Position numbers and translations under genes: made by a program. Below are positions 32,462 through 45,774 of a DNA stretch of 64,000 bases, in pieces. The notes under the pieces are model-generated. The model was given only the letters and a program-made list of their open reading frames with translations, made no database searches and was not told the DNA's origin. Numbering within the stretch: position 1 is the first letter of the stretch; each line of letters starts with the position of its first letter. Where the stretch lies: NCBI RefSeq assembly GCF_009914755.1, contig NC_060928.1, one strand, 5' to 3'. This DNA is from the human T2T-CHM13v2.0 reference genome, Homo sapiens.

Positions 32462-35400
32462 CTATTCATTTATTCACATACTCAATGAATAGGGTTATGT
32501 ACCAAGGGATAGGCATTGTACCCGAGAATGAGAATAAACCAGCCTATAAAACTGAACAAATATACAAAAATAAAAAAGGGAACTTTATATTATTCATGCT
32601 TATGATTAACATGATGGAAAAAACATGGAGATTCAAATCAGAAAAGACCTGTTTCCAAATCATGGCTCTCCTAGTTGCTTATCATGTAATCCAAGTCAAT
32701 AATAACATCTCTGAGCTTCATTTACTTATAGGGTTACTGTGAAGATAGTTATGAGGTATGCTGTAACTCAAAGTTATTTTCCTGTTTATCTAAATTAGCT
32801 TCTCCTCCTGATTTCTCTGTGGTTTTACGGCATCCGATAGTCTACTAAATGGCCAGGCGTGGTGGCTAACGCCTGTAACCTCAACACTTTGGGAGGGTGA
32901 GGCAGGTAGATCGCCTGAGCTCAGGAGTTTGAGACCAGCCTGGCCAACATGGTGAAACCCTGTCTCTACCAAAAATACAAAAAATTAACCGAGCGTGGGG
33001 GCCCAAGCCTGTGGTCCCAGCTACTCACCAGGCTAAGGTGGGATTATCACTTGAGCCTGGGAGGCGGAGGTTGCAGTGAGCTGAGATCCACTGCACCCTA
33101 ACCTGGGTGACAGAGTGAGAACCCATCTCATTTAAAAAAAAAAAAATTCTATCAAACACCAGGGCTTACAATTGTATTATCTTTGACATCTCTCTTTCCA
33201 TAGAAATATTAATCTGTCATATATCATGCAGATTACACCTTCACCATGACTCTATCCTCCTGTAACCAATTGTGTCTAAATCTCCAACTCCTGAAGCCTA
33301 CTATGGTGTTTTTACCTCCATCTCCCCTTACCTACAATGCATTCTACATAAAAGCTACATGTACAAGATTTATCTTCTGAAGTATATCTCTGAGATTGTC
33401 ATTATCCTACACTAAGTTACATTTTCTGTAACTCTTAAGGCCTTCTGCAGCAAGACCCCACTGAATTGATCCTTCCAACTTCACCGCCAGTGATTCTTAA
33501 ATTGAAAGTTCCCTGAAGTAATGATATTGAGGTTATTTTATCCACTATCCCTAGCATACTATATGACACCTAATAGACACCCAATAATAATGTTTGAAAA
33601 AGTAGTGAAAATCGGCCGGGCGCAGTGGCTCACGCCTGTAATCCCAGCACTTTGGGAGGCCGAGGTGGGTGGATCACGAGGTCAGGAGATGGAGACCTTC
33701 CTGGCTAACATGGTGAAACCCCGTCTCTACTAAAAATACAAATAAAATTAGCCCGGCGTGGTGGCGGGCGCCTGTAGTCCCAGCTACTCAGGGGGCTGAG
33801 GCAGGAGAATGGCGTGAACCCAGGACGCGGAGCTTGCAGGGAGCCAAGATCGCGCCACTGCACTCTAGCCTGCGCCACTGCACTCTAGCCTGGGCGACAG
33901 AGTGAAACTCTGCCTTGGAAAAAAATAAAGAAAAAGTAGTGAAAATCTATAATACTCTTCCCCCAAAAAATGAACACTGGACTATCTCTGGTGGTATAAT
34001 TCTTGCTTCATTTCTAACACACTTTTAATTATTAATACACAATTGTTCTAACCAGGACAATCTGAAAACTGGTCTTTAAAGACAATCACAAAGAATCACA
34101 AAGAGACAATAGCCCTCTGTGATTAAAAGAAAGCCAATGAAAAAGCTTTTTAATCTCCCTATTTTAATTATTTTTAAAATTCTTAGTCTTACTACTGAGT
34201 CAGCAGCTATAAGGCATGGGTCAAATAACTGCAACATAAAAACTGTAATTTTAAAAAGACAAAACCAAATACCTACTGAATAATACAGCATCAGACAAAT
34301 TATTTTTAAAAAATAATCATTATCGTCATCATTAAACCTTCTGAGTACCTCTAAGGTATTTCTCCTAAAAATTTTTTTGGGTCTCTTATTCTTCTAGTAA
34401 GTGAAAGCCAGACCTACAAACTATACACACCTATTCACACAAAATATTTCCCCTCTAAGTAAACTACAAAATTTGTGATATATGACACACTATGGCACAG
34501 TGTGTTACATATACTCTTTGTAGACAATTTGAATAAGGAAATAATATCACATATACTCTCTGTAGACAATTTGAATACGGAAATTTAGGGCTAATCATAA
34601 ACATTACCCATGGGCATTCCTCAATACTAATCCTTCTGTTCATTATACACTCAATGTCATTGACCCAAAAAAGCTGGGGGAAAAGCATAGGGTCCAAATT
34701 AATGTATAAAAATTTTTTTGCCCAGCCTAAAAATTTGATTCACATGTAACTTTTCTGTAACACTAGTGTTGTGTGCAAGGAGACAGACTCCTTACGGATC
34801 TTTCAGCATAACCTAAAACTTAACATGGGTCTTCAGATAACCTAATAAAACAGTGGCTGTTATAGTCAATCAATCCAGCTCTCTAAACAAAGGGCTAGGC
34901 TAATCACTCCAGCATTTAGTGATTTAGAAATAACAGAGGTCTCAATTTATCTTTCCCAACTTAATGTACTCACAACAAATGCTTGCATCACCCCATCGCA
35001 ACTCTCCTTCTTAACAATGAAGGTAAAACTCAGGACCAAAAGAGAGCTCCTAGAGCTGTATTTCATTTGCATTATAAAATCTACAGCAAAATTTTTCATA
35101 ACTTTACTCTCTGAATTCATGAACTAGGTTGGCGGGGGCAGGAGGGTGAGTATAGAGAAGAACTTCCCTGAAAAGCATGAGTATAAAATATAACTGAGAG
35201 TATCTCAATTGTTATATGCCAAATGGCAGGGGCAAAGAGGTTAGTTACTCTAAGGATAACAGAGCATTAAAAATTTTTTTTCTAATTCTTACAAAACTGG
35301 TCCCTATTCTATAAAATGTGAACATCCACAACCCAACAAGTTACAGACTAGGATCTAAGACACAGATCTTAAATGCAGATAAAATGCCAATGCTCTGCCT

Positions 35401-35619
35401 CCCTAAAGAAACGTACAACCCCAAGAACTGCTGAACACCATCAAAGCAACACCCGCCAGAGTGGCTGTTTTAAACATTATATCAGGAAATCATGATAAGT
35501 GCTAGCGGTTCCTCTAGGCCTCAGCAGCAGCCTTAGGTATAAGAGCAAACTGGAGCCCTCTTAACACTCAAAGAATAATGTTGATGTCATGACGAGGCTA
35601 CTGATTCTTCGCACTCCGG

Positions 35620-36300
35620 ACAAGTCATTCCTTGATCCACCGCGCAATTCTTTCCCCACCCACCCCCATCCCCCCAAATAAAGAGATCTCCGGACAGAGA
35701 AGCCCTCGGGTACCCCATCCTCCTCTACCTCCAGCGGCTGCCGCTTTCTCCTCCCTCGGGCTCCGAGGTAGGGGCTCCAGAAGGTCCTGGGCAATCCCGA
35801 GCCCCGGCGGGGCTTGTTTTGCCCGTGCACGATAGCTCTGGCCAGCAGCTTCCTTTCCCAGTTTGTCCAAACTGGAGCGCTCCAGGGTACCCGGGGACCG
35901 AGAAGGGAGCCGGGGTGGCGACGTCGCCGTCGCCGCCGCCTCTGGTATGTCAGGGGCCGGGATTGTATTTCGAAAGATCCGCCATTTTCACCTCGTCATC
36001 ACCATCACAGCTCAGCAGCTTCCCCGACAGCCGGAGCCCGGGCCGCCGCCGCCGCCGCCACCACCAGTAACCTCCCCCTTCCTCCTCCTCCCCTCCCCGC
36101 CCGCCCCACCCGGGAGGCGCACACCCACATATCCGGGGAAGCCTCCCGCCGCCCCGCCAACCTTCAAACGCACAAGGGCCGTGCAAGTGCACACGGGCTA
36201 CGCCGAGACCTTTCACCCCCGGGCGGAGCACGGGCCCCCGCAGGGACGCCAAAGGAAGTCGCGCCACCTGCGGGGTCCCAAGTCCGGCATATTTTTGTTT
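35620..36300. promoter_or_regulatory. CpG island, proximal LIN54 promoter
   Basis: GC- and CpG-rich non-repeat DNA with GC boxes, an ETS GGAAGT (~36254), YY1 and TTCAAA/TTCGAA CHR-type hexamers. Confidence 0.85.
35729..36060 (-). other. LIN54: LIN54 proximal first exon (5'UTR; both boundaries inferred)
   Basis: CpG island, sense-oriented YY1 motif AAAATGGCGG (35979-35988) and candidate donor GAG|GTAGAG at 35729/35728. Confidence 0.55.
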
Positions 36301-38036
36301 GCAAGACCAAAAGCCATGCGGAGGGTGGCATAAGGACAATAAAGAACCCAAACTCTTTCATTTTCAGAGCAGCAACTTGAGAGAGATGGTGGAATGCGTT
36401 TCATTCACTGTGGCTATCTCAGGCACTAAAAACACTGTGAAAGACCTTTAATGTCATTCACCAACTTTGACATTTTACCCCACCCGCAGAACTACTTTGA
36501 CAGGATGAGCTATTTCCATATGCATGTTCGACCTTTGACACCTTTGTCAATTACAGGCAGCAATCCTCATGCAGATGAAGTGGTCAAAATATCTAATTTA
36601 AAAAAATAAAGTTCTGAGCTATCTTCCTCTCCAACTTAATTTATCTGGTCATTTCTGTCCATGAACACTGCGACTTCCAATCTGTCATCGGTTTAAGACG
36701 TCAAAGCGCAACTAGATTTGAAATGATTGAACTAATTGTAGAAACATTCATGAATGATCGATTTCTAAAATATTGAAAATATAACTCTTAGCTAAAATTA
36801 TTTGCCAAATGTTTTTTTAGGATCTAAGTCATCAAATTAAAAAAAAACCATCTGCTGCTGATATATTTGTTCTGTACAGTAAAAATAAACAGCTTGCTTC
36901 AGAACAAGATCCTAGAGCTACCTACTAGGTAGGTAAGAGTTACCAGCTCTTGTCATCAGTCAGTTGAATAAGTAACCAAAAGAGAACAGAGGTAATTCTT
37001 AATCATTTAAAAAATAACAAAACATAAGCTGCAAGGCTTCTGAAGAGATCAGCATTAAAAAAAAAAAAAAAGGAAACTGGCTGCCTTTGTCAATTTTAGA
37101 AAGAGTTAACCATCCAAAAGCTGAATTCTGTATCATTCAACCACAACATAAGCTCTGGGCAAACTGAATTTCAAGGCTGCGAACAGGGCCACTCTACTGT
37201 CTAAGTTAGTGTAGGAAGAGTAAGGTTGAAGTTGAAGTTGAAAAAGTCATTTCATTTCCCTACCTTGTTTCAATGGCAACTCCATATAAAAGTCGGTAGA
37301 TTCAGCCTTCAACAAGGGCTGTCCACCACCCACCCCAATTGCTGTTTTTATATGCAGACTACCAGATGCTGAGAGTATAAAGTGTTCTCAATTACTTCAT
37401 CTTTAAACTTCATTTCCCCACTGACGGCCCCGTCCATCCGCACTCTGCTTGGTTGTTTACCGTTGCTGGCCAAGCTAAGTCCCGGCCCGCTCCCTTCCCC
37501 CGTGCACCTCGGGAACATTATGACATTTGGCTGGTGGGCTTCGCGAGGAAAACGGACACGCACGAACAAGAGCCTGTACAAAGGGGCATAGGAAGAACGC
37601 GGCGGCGGGCAGTAGGGAGAGGAGGGACTGGCACAAAATGACACAGCAGCAAAACCGGTTCCCAGAAACCTGGGGCCGCCACGGGTGGCTTGTTGGGTCG
37701 CGCAGTGTGCGTGTCAACAGCCGCAGGAGCCCTTACTCCAGACCGCCGGGCAGGCGGCTGGCCGAGCGCTGGCCCTGCCGGGTGACAGCCACCCTCTCGG
37801 GAGCCGACGGGAAGAGACCGAGCCCCAAGGATCCTTCGCCCCCCGCAACCCAGCTTCAGGGAAGGGGCGCGGCGGACCCCGCTGGCGGGTTCCCGCTCCC
37901 CGCCAAGGCCCACCGGCCCGGGCTCCCGGAGGGAGCGGTCCAGCGCTCTCCGCCCGCGCAGGCACTCGCAGCGGGGGCCGGTTCCCCCTTCCCGCCAGCC
38001 CGCCCAGGAGCCCCCATCCCGGGGGCTGACACTCAC

Positions 38037-38135
38037 CAAAGCCGGCGGCGCCGCCGCCTCCTGGTCGCGCGGCGCTCCCTGGGCTCCCAGCAGCAGCGGC
38101 GGCGGCGGCGCCTCCGAGACACAGACCAGGGTTTG
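38037..38135 (-). other. LIN54: LIN54 distal non-coding first exon (5' boundary approximate)
   Basis: Consensus donor TTTG|GTGAGT at 38037/38036 within a CpG island, directly downstream of a CDE/CHR element. Confidence 0.7.
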
Positions 38136-38151
38136 TTCAAAATCACGCGCC
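38136..38151 (-). promoter_or_regulatory. CDE/CHR tandem element (GGCGCG-TGAT-TTTGAA)
   Basis: Minus strand reads GGCGCG, a 4-nt spacer, then TTTGAA, the canonical CDE-N4-CHR geometry. Confidence 0.7.
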
Positions 38152-39787
38152 CAGCCCCATTCCACCGCCGCATCCCATAATACGCTGGGCCCTCCCCGCC
38201 CGCGCGCCCCTCTCTGCCCGCCCCTGCGCTCCGCACCCCGCCCCACGGCCGGCTTCCTTCGCTCCGCCTCTTCCGCGGCGCCTCGTCCCTCCCCTTGGCA
38301 ACCCAAGCCCGCGTCATTCCGCCGGGCTCCGCCAGGGCGCTCCAGTTCCACGTGACGCCGAGTGGCGCCCGGTCAAAGCGATCGCACGGAATGTTCCATC
38401 GGACTGAAGCTGATGGGGGGAGGACCCGCATCGCGCTGCGGTTGGGAGAGACCGTCCCTTCGTCTAGCTTTCCTTGTTAGGAAGTCCGGGTTGTAGGTGC
38501 GACTTCCAGGATATCCCGCTGTTTGATGTGCTTGAGTGAGGAGGTGATCAGTAGTCACAAATGCCAAGTCACTGTGTTTTTAGGCACTAGTTTTGCAGTG
38601 TCGCTAAAAAGCCACAGGGAGATCATTGAGAGTTAAACTTATTTTGAAAGAGACGTTTTGCATTTCTTGCAACACGCAGCTAAGACTAACACAGTCAAAA
38701 TTATTTGTATTTAATCACCTTTTATTTTTTCCCGCGATTTATATGATATCCAAATACGGAGTCGGATGAACAGACGCTGACAGATCATTCTGAGGGGAAA
38801 AAAAAATTATTCTGAGAGATTATTATCAACTGCTGTGAGTGCGACAAGCACTACATATACGAAAATAGAAAATACAAGAGTGTAAATGTAAGATGGTGCG
38901 ATACAGTGTATAATTTGCTAATGGAGTACGGAGGACATACAGGTCAGCATGAGAGACTACCTCGGGAACATAATGGAGGAGGTGAAACAGTGTAGGGGAG
39001 GCAGCAGTCACTTTGGAATCAAGCAGTACTGGTATTTAATGGCACCTCCGTTTATTAGTGTATATTGTATAACGTTTATTTTCCTATCCAGCAAATTAAA
39101 AATAACAAAACTTCCCAGGATTCTGATGGTTAAATAAAATGAAGGGTGTTAAGCAGGTACACAGTCTCTGCCTGAAATGTTAGTTCCCTTGTGCCATAAT
39201 CAACACCCAGTACCAGCCCAAACACTAATAGTCAGGATTTAACAAGGCAAATGTCATGAAATTAGCAAAGCCTTGAAAATGGGAAGGTCTGTGACATGTG
39301 TAAGTAATGTGATAAAGTTGAATGACACAAAGGCTTTGTTGGAGATCAGCATTGTGAGCCCACTTTATGAGGAACCTTGAGAGCTAGTGTGAGAAATCCT
39401 CATGGTAAAATGATTGATGGTGCTGTTGGGGCACCACTGGAAGGAAGAAAAGAATGAGATGGGGTACCCAAAACTGGCTAGATTTTAGAGAGACCAAAAT
39501 ATCTCAAAAAAAGGAGACCCTTTCCCAGTTTATTCCACAAGGCAGCATAACTCTTATACTAAAACCCAAGACAAACAGTACCCAAAAAAGAGAAGGGAAA
39601 CTTCCTTTCTTGCTATGATTTTGTTATGAAGGCAAAATTGAGTATTTAGTTGTTATTGGTGCTGTGGCTCACACCTGTAATCGCAGGACTTTGGAAGACT
39701 GAGGCAGGAGGATGGGTTGAGACCAGGAGTTTGAGACCAGCCTGGGCAACATAGTGAGATTTCATCTCTACAAAAAAAATTTTTTTA

Positions 39788-40111
<324 letters not shown>

Positions 40112-40570
40112 TTATCAAATTCCAGCAATGTGGTAGTAAAAAGAATTTACATCATGACAAAGTATATGGTTTAACCGAAACAGTGATTTAACATTAAGAA
40201 ATCTACTAGTGTAATTTATTAGATTGAAGGAGAAAAACCAAATGATAGTCTCTAGAGATACATTGTATAACATTCAATAACCACCCTGAATTTTTTAAAT
40301 TCTTAGTAAACTAGAAATAAAAGAATGTTTCCTTAATTGGATCAAGATAATCATCAGAGAACAACACCATACATTTCAGTGAAATGGCAGAGGCTTTCAC
40401 CTTAAAATCAGAAACTCAATAAGGAGGCAGGGATATAGTAGCTGTTTACCGTTTTTGAGTGTGTCCTAGCTAAGTTAAATAAGAAAAAATGAAAGAAGAG
40501 GTATAATATAAAGGAAGAAGGAGACTAAATGGTCCTTATTAAAAATAATCAGGCCAGGCACAGTGGCTCA

Positions 40571-40909
<339 letters not shown>

Positions 40910-40933
40910 TCAGAGGCCGAGGCAGGTGGGTCA

Positions 40934-41347
<414 letters not shown>

Positions 41348-41612
41348 TTACAGGCTCGGGGGCCATCACACCCAGCTAATTTTTTTTTTCATATTTTTAG
41401 TAGAGATGGAGTTTCACCATGTCGGCCAGGTTGGTCACGAACTCCTGACCTCACATGAGCCACCCTCCTCAGCCTCCCAAAGTGCTGGGATTTCAGGTGT
41501 GAGCCACCGCGTCCGGCCTCATAAAGAGTTCATTTTAAAAGTCCTTATTGGCCGGGCGCGGTGGCTCACGCCTGTAATCCCAGCACTTTGGGAGGCCGAG
41601 GCGGGTGGATCA

Positions 41613-41891
<279 letters not shown>

Positions 41892-41909
41892 TCATAAAGA
41901 GTTCAAAGT

Positions 41910-42150
41910 GTTACAGTAAATTGCTTGGCACCTGGAGCCAGACAGCCTGGGCTTAAATCCTGGCCCTCCACATAATAGCTCTGTGAACTTGGACAAGTTA
42001 CTTTCCTCTTTATGTCTCAGCGTCCTTATCTGTAAATTGAGACTAGTGCATACATCATAAGGTTGTTGTGAAAATTAATGAGGTAATATGTGTAAAACAC
42101 TGAGAACAGTGCCTGGCATATAGTAAGCACCCAATGTCTGAAAGCTATTA
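41910..42150 (+). mobile_element. MIR
   Basis: ctggagccagacagcctggg...ttggacaagttactt...acagtgcctggcatatagtaagcac. Confidence 0.82.
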
Positions 42151-42186
42151 ATAATAAAAACTAAATAGAGTCTGAATCTAATCTAA

Positions 42187-42399
<213 letters not shown>

Positions 42400-42656
42400 T
42401 AGCCAGGATGGTCTCTAATATTCTGACCTCATGATCCGTCCGCCTCAGCCTCCCAAAGTGCTGGGATTACAGGCGTGAGCCACTGCGACCGGCCTTACTT
42501 TTTCAAATAAATCATTTTAGGTCAGATGCAGTGGCTCATGCCTGTAATCCCAGCACTTTGGGAGGCCGAGGCAAGCGGATCATGTGAGGTCAGGAATTCG
42601 AGACCAGCCTGCCCAACATGGTGAAACCCCGTCTCTACTAAAAATACAAAAAATTA

Positions 42657-42864
<208 letters not shown>

Positions 42865-43224
42865 TTACAAAATAAAAATTTAAAAATTAGTTGGCCATCG
42901 TGAAACATACCTGTAGTCCCAGCTACCTGGGGGCTAAGATAGAAGATTGCTTGAGCCCAGCAGTTTAAGTTTGCAGTGAACTATAATTGCACCACAGAAC
43001 TCCAGCCTGGGCAACAGCGAGACCCTGTCAAAAACAAAAACAAAAAACCACCAAAAATCTCTGCTATTCAAACATCTATTTCAGAAGAAACTCTGTGCTT
43101 TGCATGTGCATGATGGTGTTTCCAGAAGAACTAAAAACATTTATTCAGCAAATATTTATTGATTATCTACTGGATCCCAACGTCTGTGCAAGGAACTAAA
43201 AATTAAGTGGTGAACAAGACAGCA

Positions 43225-43732
43225 CAATTCTGTCCAACGGAACATTCTGCAATGGTGGAACCATTCTGCACTATCTGATACTGTAGCCACTAGCTACATG
43301 TGGCTATCAAGCAACTGAAATGTGGCTAGCATGGCTAAAGGAACTGACTTTTTCGTTTTAATTGCCATTAATTTAAATTTAAATAGCCACATGTGGCTGG
43401 AGCGGTGGTTTACGTCCATAATCCCAGCACTTTAGGAGGCTGAGGCTGGAGGATCACTTGAGCCCAGGAGTTCAAGACCAGCCTGGGCAACATAGTGAGA
43501 AGCACTCTCTACAAAAAAAGTGATATAAAAAAATTAGCCAGGCATGGTGGCACATGCCTAAAGTCCTAGCTACTTGGGAGGCTGAGGTGAGAGGATCACT
43601 TGAGCCCAGGAGTTCAAGGTTACAGCGAGGCATGATCACACCATTGCACTCCAGCCTGGATGACAGAATGAGACCCTGTCTTTATAAAAAATAAATAGCC
43701 ACATGTGCTAATTACTACAGTACTGGACAATT
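43225..43732. mobile_element. MER3-like hAT-Charlie element with an AluJ insertion (43396-43690)
   Basis: Termini ctgtccaa...ctggacaa, internal tagccac...atgtggcta palindrome, Alu TSD aaatagccacatgtg. Confidence 0.75.
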
Positions 43733-43925
43733 CTAGAAGATGTGCCAGACAATAAACAAGAAAAAAAATTAGAGCTTTTTAAAATAAACACAGGAAGTTT
43801 CTGAGGAAAATATTAATATTAAAAAAGACAGGAGGCCGAGCACAGTGGCTCACACCTGTAATCCCAGCACTTCAGGAGGCCAAGGCGGGTGGATCACCTG
43901 AGGTCAGGAGTTCGAGACGAGCCTA

Positions 43926-44114
<189 letters not shown>

Positions 44115-44411
44115 TCAAAAAAAAAAAAAAAAAAAGACAGGAGTATGGAGATATGAGTTGGGTAGAATCAACAGAAAAAAATAAAAATGTATTACTGGGT
44201 ATCTATTATGTGCCAGGTATACTGTTAGGTACACAGTATACACTAATAAAATTTTCTTAAAATAGGTTAGTTTTCAAAAGATTATTCAGAAGGTCCTTTG
44301 TTCATGAGTTCATTTTTCATAAATCCCAGATGTCTCTAATACAAGCACTTAACATGTATAAGTAAGAGTAATTATCACCTTTCTTTTTCATTATGATATA
44401 ACTCTTTTTAC

Positions 44412-45212
44412 AACAGGCCCATAATTTCTTACCAATGATTTCAAAATCCAAGATGTTTTGAAAACTAAAAGGTTTCTGAAAGCTTATGGCAAGCTTATTT
44501 ATTGGGAAAACCTGGCCCAATATGATATAAGGCATTAATATTCTTAATTCCATTTAGTGTCAATACTCACATATGTCAGTGTAGAAATCTCAGTGTGTTG
44601 CCGGGTGTGGTGGCTCACGCCTGTAATCCCAGCACTTTGGGAGGCTGAGGCGGGTGGATCACGAGGTCAGGAGATTGAGACCATCCTGGCTAACACGGTG
44701 AAACCCCATCTATACTAAAAATACAAAAAATTAGCCGGGCAAGGTGGCGGGCGCCTGTAGTCCCAGCTACTCAGGAGGCTGAAGCAGGAGAATGTCATGA
44801 ACCCCAGGGGGCGGAGCCTGCAGTGAGCCGAGATCCCGCCACTGCACTCCAGCCTGGGCAACAGAGCGAGACTCCGTCTCAAAAAAAAAAAAAAAAAAAT
44901 CTCAGTGTGTTTAATTGTGGGATTTGATTGTGACCAAAAGTATTGGAAGGAACTTTCTGGGGTGTTGGGAATGTTCTTGACCCTGATTGTGGTTGTACAA
45001 GGGTATACAATGGCCTAAATTCATTGGGTATACTTAAAATGGATGCATTTTAGCGTATGTAAATTATACCCCATTAAAACTGGTTTTAAGATTTAAAAAA
45101 AATGAGAACTTTAAAATGGTTTCTGCATATTCTTCTCTAAAATCCAAAATATTTTCAATTCCAAAGCACATTTGCCCCCAGGGGTTTTGAATAAGGGAAT
45201 GCAGACTGGTAT
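44412..45212. mobile_element. MER46C-like Tigger MITE interrupted by an AluY (44599-44898) and an L1M fragment
   Basis: End reads caaagcacatttgcccccagggg...ataagggaatgcagactggTA. Alu TSD aaatctcagtgtgtt. Confidence 0.6.
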
Positions 45213-45774
45213 CACTTTGAACATACCCCGAGTTTTTCACTTTGTATAATATAGTGTTATTAGTAATGTCAAGCCACCCAAAAAATAAAATCAACCACTA
45301 AAATAATCTGTTGATGGCAGGCAGGATTCATTTGCTTTTCCTCTCACAATAAGATTTCTTTGTCTATATAATAGAGGTTTCTGTTTGCTTGTTTTTCTAA
45401 TTAGAAGGATAGAAGTAGAGGATTCTCTGTAATGTTCTGATGTACTTGGGCTGCTAGGGATATAACCACTTCTGTGGTTAGGAGTGGGTCCCCTTGAAGG
45501 AAGTAGATATGGTTAATGTCAGTCATCCTGAGAAGAGAGAAACACATTTTGAGATATGATACGGGAGCTCAGACTTAGAGAGGAAAATGGTTACTCTCTC
45601 TAGGCCTTGGTCATCTGGATCTGGACACAAAGCATTTAATGTGTTTGAAGGAATGTACCTATTTTTTTTTTTTTTTTTTAGTTTGCTAATCAGCTGAGTT
45701 GATAATGTGTCCATCTTTTTACCCAGCAGGAGAAGAAGATATCTACCCCTAAGGAAACTGGAAACTAGGTAGAG

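Larger units (their letters stand above)
37420..38520. promoter_or_regulatory. CpG island, distal LIN54 promoter
   Basis: Very high CpG density, GC boxes (ccccgccc), CACGTGAC at 38349-38356, ETS sites at ~38480 and ~38502. Confidence 0.88.

Noticed and set aside
36043-36066. (GCC)6 and the (CAG)3(CGG)n run at ~38088-38110 as expansion loci
   Set aside because: Short runs typical of CpG-island 5'UTRs; no evidence of instability in this sequence.
37518-38431. Long ORFs (277, 217 and 132 aa) over the distal CpG island, and similar ones at 35814-36380
   Set aside because: GC-rich DNA lacks stops in several frames at once. The products are low-complexity R/G/P/A sequences with no recognisable domain and mostly non-ATG starts.
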